A stretch of DNA of 63,281 nucleotides, the filler included, from Squatina squatina (taxonomy: Eukaryota), in NCBI GenBank assembly GCA_031763465.1. It is 4 parts of 4 records of this genome, joined end to end, with 100 filler letters (N's around TTAATTAATTAA, not from the genome) between each part and the next. Parts side by side here need not be neighbours in the genome. Positions count along the whole stretch, not along the records: positions 1 to 15,616 come from JARFOE010000219.1; 3 more parts are not named here. The stretch is one strand, 5' to 3'. Position numbers and translations under genes: made by a program. Shown here one piece after another: positions 1 to 12,701 of the stretch; the stretch's first letter is position 1; each line of letters begins with the position of its first letter. The notes beneath the pieces were generated by a model. It searched no databases. It saw nothing but the letters and a program-made list of their open reading frames with translations, and was not told the origin of the DNA.

Positions 1-112
1 GAATCCCAAGTGCTAATAGCATGCAATTTGCGTGTCTAACCTTAACTTGCACAATGATTGCGTCATTCAAAAAAAATCGCATTTGAAAGGGAAGTAGAAG
101 TGTGAACCTCTC

Positions 113-275
113 AAATAATACTTTTAAATCTGAGATTGATAGATTTTTGCTAGCCAAGGGTATTAAGGGATGTGGAGCCAAGGTGGGTGGATGGAGTTAG
201 GGTACAGGTCAGCTGTGATCTCACTGAATGGCGGAACAGCTTAAGGGACTGAATGGCCTATTCCTGTTCCTATGA
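113..275 (+). mobile_element. CR1-clade LINE 3' end fragment
   Basis: Tail 'gagattgatagattttt...ggtattaagggat...tgaatggcggaacagcttaagggactgaatggcctattcctgttcctatg'. The same tail recurs near 36295-36450, 26820-26926 and 55318-55415. Confidence 0.75.
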
Positions 276-812
276 TGGTTATTGGACCCCTAATTCCCAC
301 TTGTTCTAAATGAGATCAGCTAACCAGGCACAGAGCAAGGCTGAATGTTCCTCGTCAATATGGCTGTGTACCACATTTTGTTCAAACCCCATTTTACATG
401 TAAACATCCCTTTCTTAGGTCCATGCTTAGCATCATTCCTTGGATTGTGGAGCCTTCTCCAGGCCTCTGCCAGTGCACCTCTAGAAGGGATGATAATGTA
501 AATCACTGCCCTACAGGGAGGGTGGGAGGGATACTCAATAGCCTTTCAGAGTGTTACCACTGGTACAGCACAATGAAAAATAACAGTGGAGTGTCCAAGG
601 AAAGATATATTAGTGTTTCAAAAATGGTTTCTATACAGAGTTTTAAAATGAAGTTCAATGTTGCAAAACTGTCCAGAAAAGCTTTCCTATGAAATTGAGA
701 TGGGCACAATTTATCTGTAAATAGGAATTTCTGCCCAACTCCATAACATGGAGGAGTTGTTGAAAGAGTTTCACACAAACAGGATGCTGATCCTGTGCTG
801 CATTATTCTTAC

Positions 813-893
813 CTCTTTAGATTTGATAGGCAATTTAGACGCTAAATCCAGCCAATGATGGGCAGTTGCATAGCTTCCAAGATCCCTGTAGCA
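813..893 (-). CDS. RMDN3: Regulator of microtubule dynamics (RMDN3/PTPIP51-like), one 81-bp exon near the C-terminus
   Basis: The minus strand reads cacag|TGC TAC AGG...AAA GAG|gtaag = CYRDLGSYATAHHWLDLASKLPIKSKE, similar to human RMDN3 [27 protein letters not shown]. Phase 0-0 with canonical splice sites. It shares scaffold and strand with DNAJC17, its human 15q15 neighbour. Not in the ORF track. Confidence 0.8.
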
Positions 894-1070
894 CTGTGAA
901 TACCAGAACAGCTGCATGTCAGAGTTACATCAAGTGGAACAGACTTCGGAATGAATGCTCGAGCTAAAAATGCAGCCTGTATTTATTTGGATACCCACAT
1001 ATCTCAAGGGAGTTGAGAAATATATGAATAAGGCAGAGATCACAGAATATCAAGAGAGAAAGAATGTTGG

Positions 1071-1122
1071 AATAGAAACAGAAAATGTTGGAAATATACA
1101 ACAGGGCAGTCAGCATCTGTGG
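1071..1122. mobile_element. Penelope-type terminal repeat fragment, truncated by a gap
   Basis: 'aaacagaaaatgttggaaatatacaacagggcagtcagcatctgtgg' matches the copies at 52233 and 61583. Confidence 0.55.
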
Positions 1123-3952
1123 NNNNNNNNNNNNNNNNNNNNNNNNNNNNNNNNNNNNNNNNNNNNNNNNNNNNNNNNNNNNNNNNNNNNNNNNNNNNNN
1201 NNNNNNNNNNNNNNNNNNNNNNGCTTCAACTAAGCAGATGTGGGCATTCTACTTCCAGGAGCAAATTGCTGCAATAAGAAATATTAAATTAAATGCCATT
1301 GATACAAGATCAGTAACTCTTCATTAATGAAGATGGAGTGCGCTAGGTTGGTTTTTCACTCCAGAGAAATAACCTTCACAACACATTGTTACTACTGCAA
1401 TTAATAGAAATTGCAGTTTTAAATTTCTTTTCTCCAAAGGTTTTAGTGCACTGTCAAAACCAGTGTGCAAGCCAGAGAAAACACAGCTGTAATCTCTAGA
1501 TTCTCATGACCAGGGAGAATGATTCCAGCTACAAGCCTAAGAGCCGATCCATTACACGTCTCTCCAGAATTCTTGCCCTCCGAGGACAACAACATAATTT
1601 TACATCCTTTGAGAAATGGCTCCAAGTTTACGATTTGTCAGCTTACACAATGAAGGAGCGGAGACAAGTGGTGCTACATTTTATGGGTCTCTGTAGGCCC
1701 ACAACAGGGATATGGTCAGTTTTCTACATTTGTATATAAATCTCAGCTAACACAATGTAGCTTTATTATATGGAGCTGCCTGGGAAATGACAGACATTTC
1801 AACGTGCATATTATTGAGGTCTTTTGGGTAAGGCTACATGTTGGAATTTGGGGGGAAAAAAAAAAATCACAAAAATGAAGAACTCAATTTACAAATACTT
1901 TTTGTATTTTATAGGAAATTTAATATTTTCATTGCAGCAACAAGTAAGCTTGACCAACTTTTTGTGCAGAACCTGATATTCATTCAAACTGTTACAATCA
2001 ACACAAACTTAGATTTTATCCTCTGTTTTAAGTGTATAATTAGAAAAAATAGTAATTTCCAGTTTTTAATTCCCTCCCACCTTAAGTAGGTGTTACTCAC
2101 CCTCATCAGTCCCAAGGTAACAGAGCAGGCATGTAATCTATGCCTAGACTTGAGCAAACTTTGAATTGTAACCTGCCAAACGGAAGTGCATGGAAGTGGC
2201 CTGGGTTGCTTTTTCGAGTTATTTGTCCTCTCTCTTCCTGTAAGTAACTGCCTCACCTCCGTGTGGCATCGCCCTCCAAGGGCTCAGGTGAGATTAGGAA
2301 CACATTACATGGGGGAAAATTGCAGAGAGCCTCACACTCTCCCAATCTAAGTGATGGATGTCAATATATCTTTATTTCTATTCTAATTGCTGCTGGTGTT
2401 ACTGAGTTGCACTGCAGCTTCTGTACAATTTCAGCAACTCAATACAAAGAACTGAAACCTGTGAGCAAAAAAGGAGTGTGTTGAGAGAGAGAGAGGACTG
2501 CCACCAGCAGGGTCCTCCTCCACTCATTTGNNNNNNNNNNNNNNNNNNNNNNNNNNNNNNNNNNNNNNNNNNNNNNNNNNNNNNNNNNNNNNNNNNNNNN
2601 NNNNNNNNNNNNNNNNNNNNNNNNNNNNNNCCTAATATATGTTTTAAAACAAGTTCTCACTGAACAAATTAATGTCCTCTGGTCCAACTTTCCTGGGTTT
2701 ATATTTCATATTTTGTATATCTCATGAATTTTCTGTTAATAGTCTTCCTTCTAGATTGTAGAGCATAAGCTTTTCTAATCTTTCCTCCTAGCCCACCCCA
2801 CATTACATCTAAAATCAATCGACTTTCTTCTGTACCGTCTCCAATACTTCTCTCTGTTTTTGCAGTGAGGTGACTAGATTCAACACAATACATTGAGAGC
2901 TGTGATAGCTAAAAGTACCCTTTCACCTAGACTTCAGTGTGCATAAAAAGGCCTTCAGGAAGGCACTGCCTGACAGTCTGGTTTGTTCTGCGACTTACTT
3001 TTGTATAATCAGTATAGTCATGTGTGGCATTCTGGAAATGAACAGAATACCAAACTATCGTGCATAGACTGAAAATGTCAGACATCCCAACGTTCAAGGG
3101 AACAAGCTGGCTTTCCAGATTTTTCCCAGTTGGAAAAACAACCATGAAGACAAATGTCCTGAAAGTAGCAGGAAGGCAATGCCCTTGGCAGGATGGAAAC
3201 ATGCCTTCATGTAAAAAAAATGCTGGGAACATATTTGGTTTCTCAAAGTTCAAGCCATCACAAGTTGGCTGAAAAAATACATTTTACTGATCTGGAGAGG
3301 GAGCTCGGNNNNNNNNNNNNNNNNNNNNNNNNNNNNNNNNNNNNNNNNNNNNNNNNNNNNNNNNNNNNNNNNNNNNNNNNNNNNNNNNNNNNNNNNNNNN
3401 NNNNNNNNGGTGGGGGTGAATAAGGGAGGAATGAGTGACCTTTAGCACTATTTTATTTTGCAAGAGGATGATAGAGAAGATTGGGTGAGGGGGGAGGAGG
3501 CAGGAGCCAGTGTGTCTGCACAGTTGCACAGCTGGGATCCCACAGTGCCGTGTACAATACCCAGCTCTGAGGCTTGCACTTTGGCTGACTCCCTTTATAC
3601 TGGTTCTGATCGCATTTAGTGCGCCCCATGGGCTGCCCAAATGTAAGATATACTGCTCTCCATAGTCTTGCACCTCCAGGCACCATCCTGTTGGGTTGTT
3701 CAAAGACCCTTAGCAAATTAGGCTGACTCAAAATTAATAAATCACGAGTTGAAATTGGCAGTTAGTTGCATGATTTTGTGCTTGGTCGTGCAGACAACTT
3801 GTACGCTGACAAAATAGCATCCCTTATGATTTATATATGTAAAAAGAGTCTGCCCGGGGACATTGATTTCCTCATGCATACTGTTGATCCCTGCAAACTT
3901 AAAAGTAGATTCAGCAAGCACATAAACATTGGTGATTTAGCAATGTGCACCT

Positions 3953-4285
3953 GGGCTGATTTTCAGCCATTAATTGTAAGATGGGTTGAGGGCGGGGACT
4001 GATCTCCATCTCAGCAGCACGAGGCCTGGCCGATTTTAATTCCTGGATCTCATCTGCATGCCACTTGTCACTTGCCCACCTGAAACTGGCAGGAAGCATC
4101 AGCTGGTCGGCAGGTGGGATCTGGATTTTGGGCAGTAGGAGGCTGCCGGCTGGGACAGATGGAACGGTGTCTAGGAACTAAGTTCACGAGGAGGGGTTTT
4201 TGGGATGTTTCTCGTGGTGGGGGTTGGTGGTGGTGGAAGAGGGGAAGCAAGCCCAGGGCACTACTCCTGGCCCCACAAGGAATGT
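3953..4285. mobile_element. GC-rich non-autonomous DNA element (MITE-like), left part
   Basis: Starts 'gggctgattttc' with an abrupt rise in GC. Internal motifs are the reverse complement of those in 31563-31869 (gccgattttaa / ttaaaatcggc). Truncated by a gap. Confidence 0.5.
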
Positions 4286-6419
4286 AAAATAAAAATACTT
4301 CTTTGNNNNNNNNNNNNNNNNNNNNNNNNNNNNNNNNNNNNNNNNNNNNNNNNNNNNNNNNNNNNNNNNNNNNNNNNNNNNNNNNNNNNNNNNNNNNNNN
4401 NNNNNGTCAGAGTTAACTTTGTTGCAACTCCAACATTTTCTTGTAATGTAATTTCTCTTTCTTCTCCCTTCCATAGAAGGGGCTATAATACAAAGTCGAA
4501 GTTTTCTGTCAATTAGCAATTAGTAATATTCATGGAGTCTGATTAAAGCAAGTGAGCGTAGGGCTTGGTGCCAGTTGGCCACTCTTTGAACTGGTCACAA
4601 ATTAATTCTGATGAAAGAATTCAGAAGCAAAAAGAAAAACACTGCTGCAATGAATTGTTTCTAATTAATTAGCCATCAGCTATCACTTTGACAAAGTTAC
4701 GTTGGCGGGGCTGCTTGTGCAGACACAGCTAATGCGTCCATTCCACTCAAGTGAATTCTGAAACCTAATGTCAAGACCCGATGTGGATTCCAAGACATTG
4801 CGTGTTAAGTTTACCATTCAGCATGCATGCCAGTTGTGTAACTTTGGACCGATTTACAGGAACTAGAAGCTGTCAGGGAGTGTTTTAGTGAGAGCTGCTG
4901 ACAGTATGGTTAAAGAAACTTCTTGTTTGNNNNNNNNNNNNNNNNNNNNNNNNNNNNNNNNNNNNNNNNNNNNNNNNNNNNNNNNNNNNNNNNNNNNNNN
5001 NNNNNNNNNNNNNNNNNNNNNNNNNNNNNTGTTATTTGCAAGATATATGCACATAAATATTTATTTGTCTGCTGTATGAATATAGAAAAAATAAGAAGCC
5101 AGCAAAGGCCCTACAGGACAACAGATACCTTGCAGCCATCTGCAACAAAAAACACATTTTGAAAGATGGGAAGGCTGAGGTTTCAGGAATTGAGATTTCT
5201 GGTCCCAGCACTGGTCAAAGCCAACCTTTGATGGACTGTGGACAGCAACAAGAGGGTTCCAAAGCAAGATTTACCTCAGCTTCTAGATCAACTGAAGCCA
5301 AGGCTTTAGACAATGCAAGCTGACTACTGAACTATCAGTGGAAACAACAGGTAAGGGCTGCCCTTGGCCACCACTGATTTAGTGGATTATACCCTATTGA
5401 TCCATGGCTTCAGAGCTACTGCGTTGGACTGACGTTTTAGAGGGAAGGTTTCAAAAAGTTTATAATCTATAAGAACACTATACAAGATGCAATTTCTGCT
5501 AATGACAGCACTGCAACATATTGTATCAGTGTTTTCCTCTTCAGGTGTGCTTATTCAGTTCTTACACTGATTGATGGACTTTAATGGCATTTGTGACTGC
5601 CAATCCATTTGAGGATTCATTGCAGGATCATACCAGCAGACCTACGCAGATGAATGTACAATTAAAAGATGTTGTCAAATTCCTTAAAAAGGCCTCTTAT
5701 GCAAACTGAGAATTTGCTTGTGTGAATACTCCAGGTTTATTGTGATAACTGAGAACCTGGCAGATGGTGGACCCAAAGTACAGACCGAAATACGAGCAGT
5801 CAAGTTCCAATGACCTCAGTGTCAAATTTTGCTATGAAGGCTGGAAGCCAACCAAAACATATTGTATGCTAATGGGACCCTCGAAATCCAACATGCGATA
5901 GGTTCCAGGAAATAGAAGGGCGCAGGGACTTATTACAGCCACCTGTGAAGTCCACCTGGGTGCCATTTATTTGCGGTTTCTGTCAATTCAGATCTACTGA
6001 ACTTCGGTCACATTGGCCTACAAAATGTTTTTAAAAAAAGTTGAATGACTGCATCGGTTCTGGGAAATAATTCCCAAACCACAGCAGGATGTTCTGCCAT
6101 CGCTGGACCTTTGACACATCAGTCTTCATGACCTCAACTCCTTCAGTTTTGATTGCACGAACTCTACATGGCATTGGTTATACTGAACACTCCTCCCCCC
6201 CAACAAATTCTCTAAATCCACTGCTTAGGTTATTTCCAACTCTCCTGCCAGTCGAAATCAACACAATTTCACAGCCCACACTGCCCTAAATCCCAATGCA
6301 CTACTCATTACCCCAAAAACATCAGTGTGAAAATATTCCAAACTGTGAAAATAAAGAAATCTTCCAGTTTTCCCAATTTGGTGAGAGAATCTGACCACTG
6401 TTGGCTTTTCTTAAAAAAG

Positions 6420-6687
6420 AATAAAGAAAGCCTTGCATTTATTTAGTGAAGTACTTTTAGAAGTGTCGTCACTGTTGGAATGTAGGAAGCGAGGCAGCCA
6501 ATGTACGCACAGCAACGTCCCACAAACAGCACTGTGATAATGAATAGATAATCTGTTTTTGGTGATGTTGGTTGAGGGATAAATATTGGCCAGGACACCG
6601 GGGAGAACTTCCCTGCTCTTCTTCAAAATAGTGCCATGGGATCTTTTACATCCACCTGAGAGAGCAGACGGGGCCTCGGTTTAACGT
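6420..6687 (-). mobile_element. Deu-domain SINE (SacSINE1-like), 3' half
   Basis: The minus strand carries 'ggatgtaaaagatcccatggcactattttgaagaagagcagggaagttctcccc...ggccaatatttatccctcaaccaac' and is collinear with the copy at 26003-26465. Confidence 0.8.
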
Positions 6688-6787
6688 NNNNNNNNNNNNN
6701 NNNNNNNNNNNNNNNNNNNNNNNNNNNNNNNNNNNNNNNNNNNNNNNNNNNNNNNNNNNNNNNNNNNNNNNNNNNNNNNNNNNNNNN

Positions 6788-6960
6788 TGGGACAAAATCC
6801 TGGAACTCCCTCCCTAGCAGCACTATGGGAATACCTTCAGCGCACAGACTGCAGCAGTTCGAGGCGGCTCACCACCACCTTCTCAAGGGCAATTAGGGAT
6901 GAGCAATAAATGCTGGCCTTGGCAGTGACACCCACATCCCAGGAACTAATATAAAAAAAG
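6788..6960 (+). mobile_element. LINE 3' tail shared with a SINE family
   Basis: 'caccttctcaagggcaattagggatgagcaataaatgctggccttg...cccacatccc' followed by an A-run. The same tail ends the SINE at 29495-29745. Confidence 0.65.
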
Positions 6961-9149
6961 AAAAACTGATGATGGAACAATTGGCATAAAGGCAAGATGT
7001 TTTTCCGGAGACAAAAAAAAAACATAATCCATCGGGATTACAGCTCACGTTAGATACACTAGGACCAGAAGGGTAGTGAATTAATGACATCACAATGTCA
7101 AGCATCTTAAAGGGGCAGTGCCTCTTGTAACCATTCCCCAAACAAAACACAACGAAGACACAGCCTCACTTCAGTGATGTGTGGACGAATGCCATTGAGA
7201 ATTAAGGACCAAGTATGAAGATAATTCATAAGCGTTATCTATTAACAGTATATAACATTTTTGCATTTTGTGAAGTGTATGTAAACAGGGCACATGTTGG
7301 ATTCCACAAATTAAATCTCGACTAGCACTTGGCATGCAGCTTACAAACTCCACAAGTGAGTTACACTGACGGCAGCGTTAGTGCTCTCCTTATATAAGGC
7401 GCTAGTCCTGGAGGGTAATGTATTCTTACATTTTAAAAACACATTTACTTTTAAAATAAATTAAATAAACATGTTTCATTTTTCAATGGTTTCAGATTGG
7501 CAAGAGCAAATATAGACTGAGGCTATTGAATGACCCACAGAGTGATGGCGTCTGAAACTTGTGAAAAAAAGTAACAATTTATTTAAATTCTTCAAAGCAA
7601 AGGCTTTATAGCAAAAACATATTAAAAGAAACAGAACACATGCTTGGAGCAGCTGGTTTGTCAAACATTAAAATGGCAACTGAGTGGGGATGTAACCACT
7701 GGTATCTCAAACACAAACTGTATACACATTGAAGATCTTCCAGCACAAATATTCACCCTTTTTCCTTTCCCACTTTTAAACAAAGCATAGTTATTTTTCT
7801 CTTTAACGTGTCCCCACGCTGCACGTTAATTCCTAGCCGCGAGAGCTGGCACGCAACCTGCTCCCAGACTTCTGTCACACATTTCTTTGGAATCACTAGC
7901 ATTCAGATCATTCCCTGTGGGGAAGTACTTCGCTGTTGCTTAGCATCTCGTTCCTGACTGTACATGTAAAATTGGAAATTTTCCATCTCCAGAATAATGA
8001 AGACAAACCACTTCATGGAAGAGTTTAGTGGTGTTCCAACACCTTGTGTCACTTAGTGGACCTAGATCATAGTCAGACTATTTTCTATAGATTTGAGACA
8101 CTGGCATGCTTGCAGGAGTGTAAATGTACCAAGTTTATGCAGGATTGGCACGTCTCACTTTCTTTCCTGTGCTGCTTCTGCAATGGGCACCATGCATTGT
8201 AAACTGCCAGTTTCATTAAGCCTGGTTNNNNNNNNNNNNNNNNNNNNNNNNNNNNNNNNNNNNNNNNNNNNNNNNNNNNNNNNNNNNNNNNNNNNNNNNN
8301 NNNNNNNNNNNNNNNNNNNNNNNNNNNGATTAAGTCTCCAGCTTGTTGCATTCACACTCTGGACTTTGAGATTACGCCAAGACCATCAGTTATAGCTTAA
8401 AACAGTGTGCTATTTCCGACATTCAGATTTAATAAGGCTCCTCCAGAGACGAGCTTTATACTAATTGAAGGAAGTTTATTATTCCTCAGACCAAGCCAGC
8501 AAAGGAAGCAGTGTTCTGATTACGTATTTGACCTTTCACAACACTCGGAAGTTTGCATTTTAAATTTTGGTAATGTTTCTGGAGAGAGAGATCAATTTTT
8601 ATTTATTTATTATTAAAAACATTTTAAACAGGACCAATTTGTAGTTACTGATAGTCCAGCAATAGTCCTACTAACCAAATAGAGCTGAGGTTTATGTTCT
8701 ACCTTTATGATATTCAATTGTTGAGCTTTTACTTATTAAGTGCAGCTCCATTTTGTACAGAAGGGCAGTAAATAATTTCATTAATACTCATCCATTCAGA
8801 GACACAGCCATTAAAGAGACGTATAGAAATCATCCAGAGGCTTTTCACATCAGAATTTATTCAATTCTAGAACTATCAGGAGCTAAGGGAATGCCTGGTG
8901 CATCAATCCTGAATTATTGCGGGGGAGGGAGGGTCCTTATTGTGAACTCTGGTAAATAGCCTTATTCAGTTGAAGTCTGCAATAATTGGAGGGAACCTTT
9001 ACACCACTGTATATTCACAGTAGGGATGTTTTGTAACTCTGAAATCAAAGAGGGAAATAATCAATTAAAATACTCATGAATTGCCATGCACCTTTACTAC
9101 AACTCTGCAGTAATTTAGTATTTTTTGAGTATCATGAAACAGTTAACAT

Positions 9150-9359
9150 TAAACCTTTTATAAATCACTGGTTAGGCCTCAGCTGAAGTATTGTGTACAG
9201 TTCTGGGCACCACACTTTCGGAAGGATGTCAAGACCTTGGAGAAGATGCAGAGGAGAAGAGGAGATTTATTAGAATGGTACTAGGGATGCTCAACTTCAG
9301 TATTGGAGAAAGACTAGAGAAGCTGGGGTTCTCCTTAGAGAAGGTTATGGGGATATTTA
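9150..9359 (+). mobile_element. CR1-clade LINE ORF2 C-terminal fragment
   Basis: Encodes degenerate [25 protein letters not shown]..., then [23 protein letters not shown] in a shifted frame. Confidence 0.8.
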
Positions 9360-9459
9360 NNNNNNNNNNNNNNNNNNNNNNNNNNNNNNNNNNNNNNNNN
9401 NNNNNNNNNNNNNNNNNNNNNNNNNNNNNNNNNNNNNNNNNNNNNNNNNNNNNNNNNNN

Positions 9460-9950
9460 ATGGTGTCTAAAAGCTTCCCCAGCAGTGAAGGTGATCAGAC
9501 TGGCCTGTAATTCTCCCTTTATTGAACAAGGGTGTAACATTTGTAATCCTCCAGCACCACCCCTGAATCGAAATTGGAGAATTGTGGCCAGCCCCACTGC
9601 AATTTCTACCCATACTTTCCTCAGCAACCTAGGATTCATCCCACCTGTACCAGGTGATTTAACCACTTTAAGTACTGCCAGTCTTTTGAGTAGCTGCTCT
9701 TTATTTTTATCTCATCCAGCATTCTGCAACCTTCTTGTTTACTGTAACTTTCTTGTTTACGGTAGCTTTGGCAAAGTCCTCTTCCTTGGTAAACACCAAT
9801 AAAGTACTAACTTAGTACCTCAGCCATGCCTTCTGCCTCTACCAATAGATCTCCATTTTGATCACTAATCGGCCCCACTGCTCCTCGGACAACCCTTTCA
9901 CCGTTAATATATGCCTATAGACGACCTTTGGAGTCCCTTTATTTTAGTCA
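9460..9950 (-). mobile_element. CR1-clade LINE ORF2 fragment (linker/RT start)
   Basis: Minus ORF VKSPGTGGMNPRLLRKVWVEIAVGLATILQ resembles the CR1 motif KSPGPDGxHPRxLKE. Confidence 0.75.
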
Positions 9951-10007
9951 CAGGCTATGAAGTGTTTTGGAACTTAAGAAAAGATAGACATTTATATAAA
10001 TACAAGC

Positions 10008-10310
10008 GGGCCAAAATTGCGTACCGCTCCGTACGCCAGGTGTAGAAATCCTGTCCATTGACTTATATATGGCTGACCGCTCCGAGAGCAGGTGAAGCGC
10101 AAAATATCGAGCTCCACTTGCTCTGTGGGGCACGAGTGAAGCGGAAGGACTCTGCGAAGGGTGCAGCGCTACGCGGTGAAATGCAGAGTGCTGGTGTGTA
10201 GACAGGGGCCCCCCCTTCATTAAAGGGGAGGGCCAAGCTGCCGATTCTGAGTGGTGCCCCAGGGCCATGCCTGGACCACCAGGGAGAGGGTGCCGTGGCA
10301 GCAGCCCAGC
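10008..10310. mobile_element. GC-rich MITE-like element, left part
   Basis: Starts 'gggccaaaattgc' and shares the internal motif 'ttaaaggggagggc' with 11398-12111. Truncated by a gap. Confidence 0.55.
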
Positions 10311-10410
10311 NNNNNNNNNNNNNNNNNNNNNNNNNNNNNNNNNNNNNNNNNNNNNNNNNNNNNNNNNNNNNNNNNNNNNNNNNNNNNNNNNNNNNNNNNN
10401 NNNNNNNNNN

Positions 10411-11088
10411 TTACCAGCCTGCTCCTTCCGCACAACACTGTCCCCTGCCTATCAAGATCCATGGCGAGCCCCTGGACAACGTGGATCACTTTCCATACCT
10501 TGGGAGCATCCTCTCAGCAAGGACAGACATTGACGATGCAACCCAATGTGCCAGTACAGTGTTCGGCCGCCTGAGGCAAAGAGTGTTTGCAGATAAAGAC
10601 CTCAAACCTGGCACCAAGCTCACGGTCTACAGGGCAGCGGTGATACCAGCCCTCCTCATTGCATCAGAGACACGGACAATGTACAGTAGACACCTCAAAG
10701 CACTGGAAAAGTATCACCAACGTTGCCTCGGCAAAACCCTGCAAGTCCACTGGCAGGATAGGCATAACAATGTCAGTGTCCTCTCTCAGGCCACCGTTCC
10801 CAGCATAGAGGCACTGGCCATGCTCAATCAGCTGTGATGGGTGGGCCACATTGTCCGCATGCCTGATACTAGACCCCCGAAACAAGCACTCTACTCCAAC
10901 TTTCGTCATGGCAAGCGATTACCAGGAGGGCAGAGGAAATGCCTCAGGACATCCTCAAAACCTCCCTGAAAAAAAATCAAACAGCCCCACTGACTCATGG
11001 GATTTTCTGGCCCAAGACCACCCGAACTGGAGGAGAAGCACCCGCGAAGGAGCCAAACAATTCGAGCTTCTCCAACAGGAGCACGTGG
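10411..11088 (+). mobile_element. RTE-clade LINE, RT C-terminal region (disrupted)
   Basis: IKIHGEPLDNVDHFPYLGSILS...FGRLRQRVF...TKLTVYRAAVIPALL..SET...LEKYHQRCL..LQVHWQD...QL*WVGHIVRMPDTR is typical RTE ORF sequence. Contains a stop and a frameshift. Confidence 0.9.
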
Positions 11089-11355
11089 NNNNNNNNNNNN
11101 NNNNNNNNNNNNNNNNNNNNNNNNNNNNNNNNNNNNNNNNNNNNNNNNNNNNNNNNNNNNNNNNNNNNNNNNNNNNNNNNNNNNNNNNACATAGTGCAGA
11201 GGAAAGGCATGTGATACAAACCATAATTTCTAGGCTAGTGTTTACAAAGTTCTTGTATCAAAGGTATGAAATCATAAATGCTACTTTTGCCTTTTTCATA
11301 CTGAATGTTCTGGATATTCGATTCATTCCTTCCCTTTAAGTAGATTGAAATTCAG

Positions 11356-12350
11356 TAGCCTCGTACTTTTGGTCATGGGCTAACAACCAAGAGGTCATGG
11401 GGAGAAATTCACCTTTTTTACGCCCGGTTAGTGCCTCCGAAGGGCGGGGGCGCTAATGGGGCATACACGTTAAATTGGGTGGGGCGTGTAGACGATCTCG
11501 CCTACCAGAAAAGTCACCAGCGTTTGTGCCTGGCCTGGGGAATTTTGCTGCGGGTCAGTGCACCACATCATCAAAGGGCGCGGCGACCCCTTACTGCCCC
11601 GCTGTGACCCCTCATCGCCCCCGGTGCGCCTGCGGATGAAATTTACCCACGGGACGTGAGGCGGGCAGTGGCAATGTCAGCTTGTAGCTGTCGTCGCCAC
11701 GGCCTCTTAAAGGGGAGGGCTGTTGGTGCCGGCGGCCGACCGAGGGCAGCCCTCGCCTCGACTGAGCCGCCATCCGCTTGCCCAGCATGCCAACTAGTGT
11801 GCCAGGCTGGTGGCCCAGTGGCAGCCATCGGGGCGCTGCTTTCTTGGCCGGCGGCCCTCCCCTTTAATTCAGAAGGTGGGGCCTGAGCTGACGTCGGCGC
11901 TCCGTGGAGCATTTGCGGAGCGTTGACGTCACCAATGCCCTGCGGCTGTCTTTACTGCATCAGTGCCTGGAAGCCACCCTGGAAGTGATGCCTCATTTGC
12001 GCTGCGGTAACCCCAATACTGCGCCAGGGGTGAAGGGTCCGAGGCCAGCGATAAAAATCCCGGCGCCGGAGACTTAATGCCCCCGGTGCGGCACTGGTGA
12101 ATTTCTACCCACACGAGTTTAAATTCCACCATAGATAGTTGTGAAAGTAAATTGAAAACAACCTGGTAATTTCAGGGTTGCCAGAGGAATGACCAGAAAA
12201 GCTGCCAGATTGGTGAAAAAAATCCAAATGGAGGGTCCTGCCACAACCCGGTTGGCCTGCTTGTGACTTCAGTTGTCTCTCAGGAAACTCGGAATGGGCA
12301 ATAAATACTACCCTGGCTGTGTTGCCCACATCTGAAGAGCAAATACAAAA
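11356..12350 (+). mobile_element. tRNA-head SINE split by a MITE insertion
   Basis: Removing 11398-12111 restores 'gaggtcacgagtttaaattccaccat', a B-box-like motif comparable to the head of the 40850-41195 copy. The tail 'gggcaataaat...gcccacatc' lies near 12300-12340. Confidence 0.6.
11398..12111. mobile_element. Complete ~0.7-kb MITE, probably PIF/Harbinger superfamily
   Basis: Terminal inverted repeats tggggagaaattcacc / ggtgaatttctaccca (15 of 16 match). Non-coding and GC-rich, with an internal inverted pair ttaaaggggagggc / gccctcccctttaa. Confidence 0.85.
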
Positions 12351-12394
12351 ATTTCAGTGAAAACACCTATATATTATAATTGTATAGCTCTTTT

Positions 12395-12701
12395 ATGCAT
12401 TGGGGACATGGACAATGTACAGTTGACACCTCAAAGCACTGGAGAAGTACCACCAACGTTGCCTCCGCAAAACTCTGCAAATCCACTGGCAGGATAGGTA
12501 TACCAATGCTAGCGTCCTTTCTCAGGCCAACATCCCCAGCATGAGGCACTGGTCATGCTCAATCAGTTGCGACGGGCGTGCCACATACAAGATTCCTGAA
12601 ACAAGCACTCTACTCCGAGCTTCGTCACGGCAAGCAATTACCTGGAGGGCAGAGGAAATGCTTCAAGGTTGTCATCAAAGCCTCCCTGAAAAAATGTAGC
12701 A
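12395..12701 (+). mobile_element. Second RTE-clade LINE fragment
   Basis: Collinear with about 10660-10980 (gacacctcaaagcactggagaagtaccaccaacgttgcctc...). Encodes LKQALYSELRHGKQLPGGQRKCFK. Confidence 0.85.

Noticed and set aside
4600-4630. CTGATGA followed by a small inverted repeat, as a possible hammerhead
   Set aside because: There is no correctly placed stem II-GAAA-stem III arrangement.
5584-5709. 41-codon ORF MAFVTANPFEDS... after an acceptor-like site at 5544 and a donor-like site at 5351
   Set aside because: No recognisable homology, and the length is within chance expectation.
7388-7399. Palindrome CCTTATATAAGG as a CArG or TATA element
   Set aside because: It has eight A/T bases rather than the six of a CArG box, and no associated first exon was identified.
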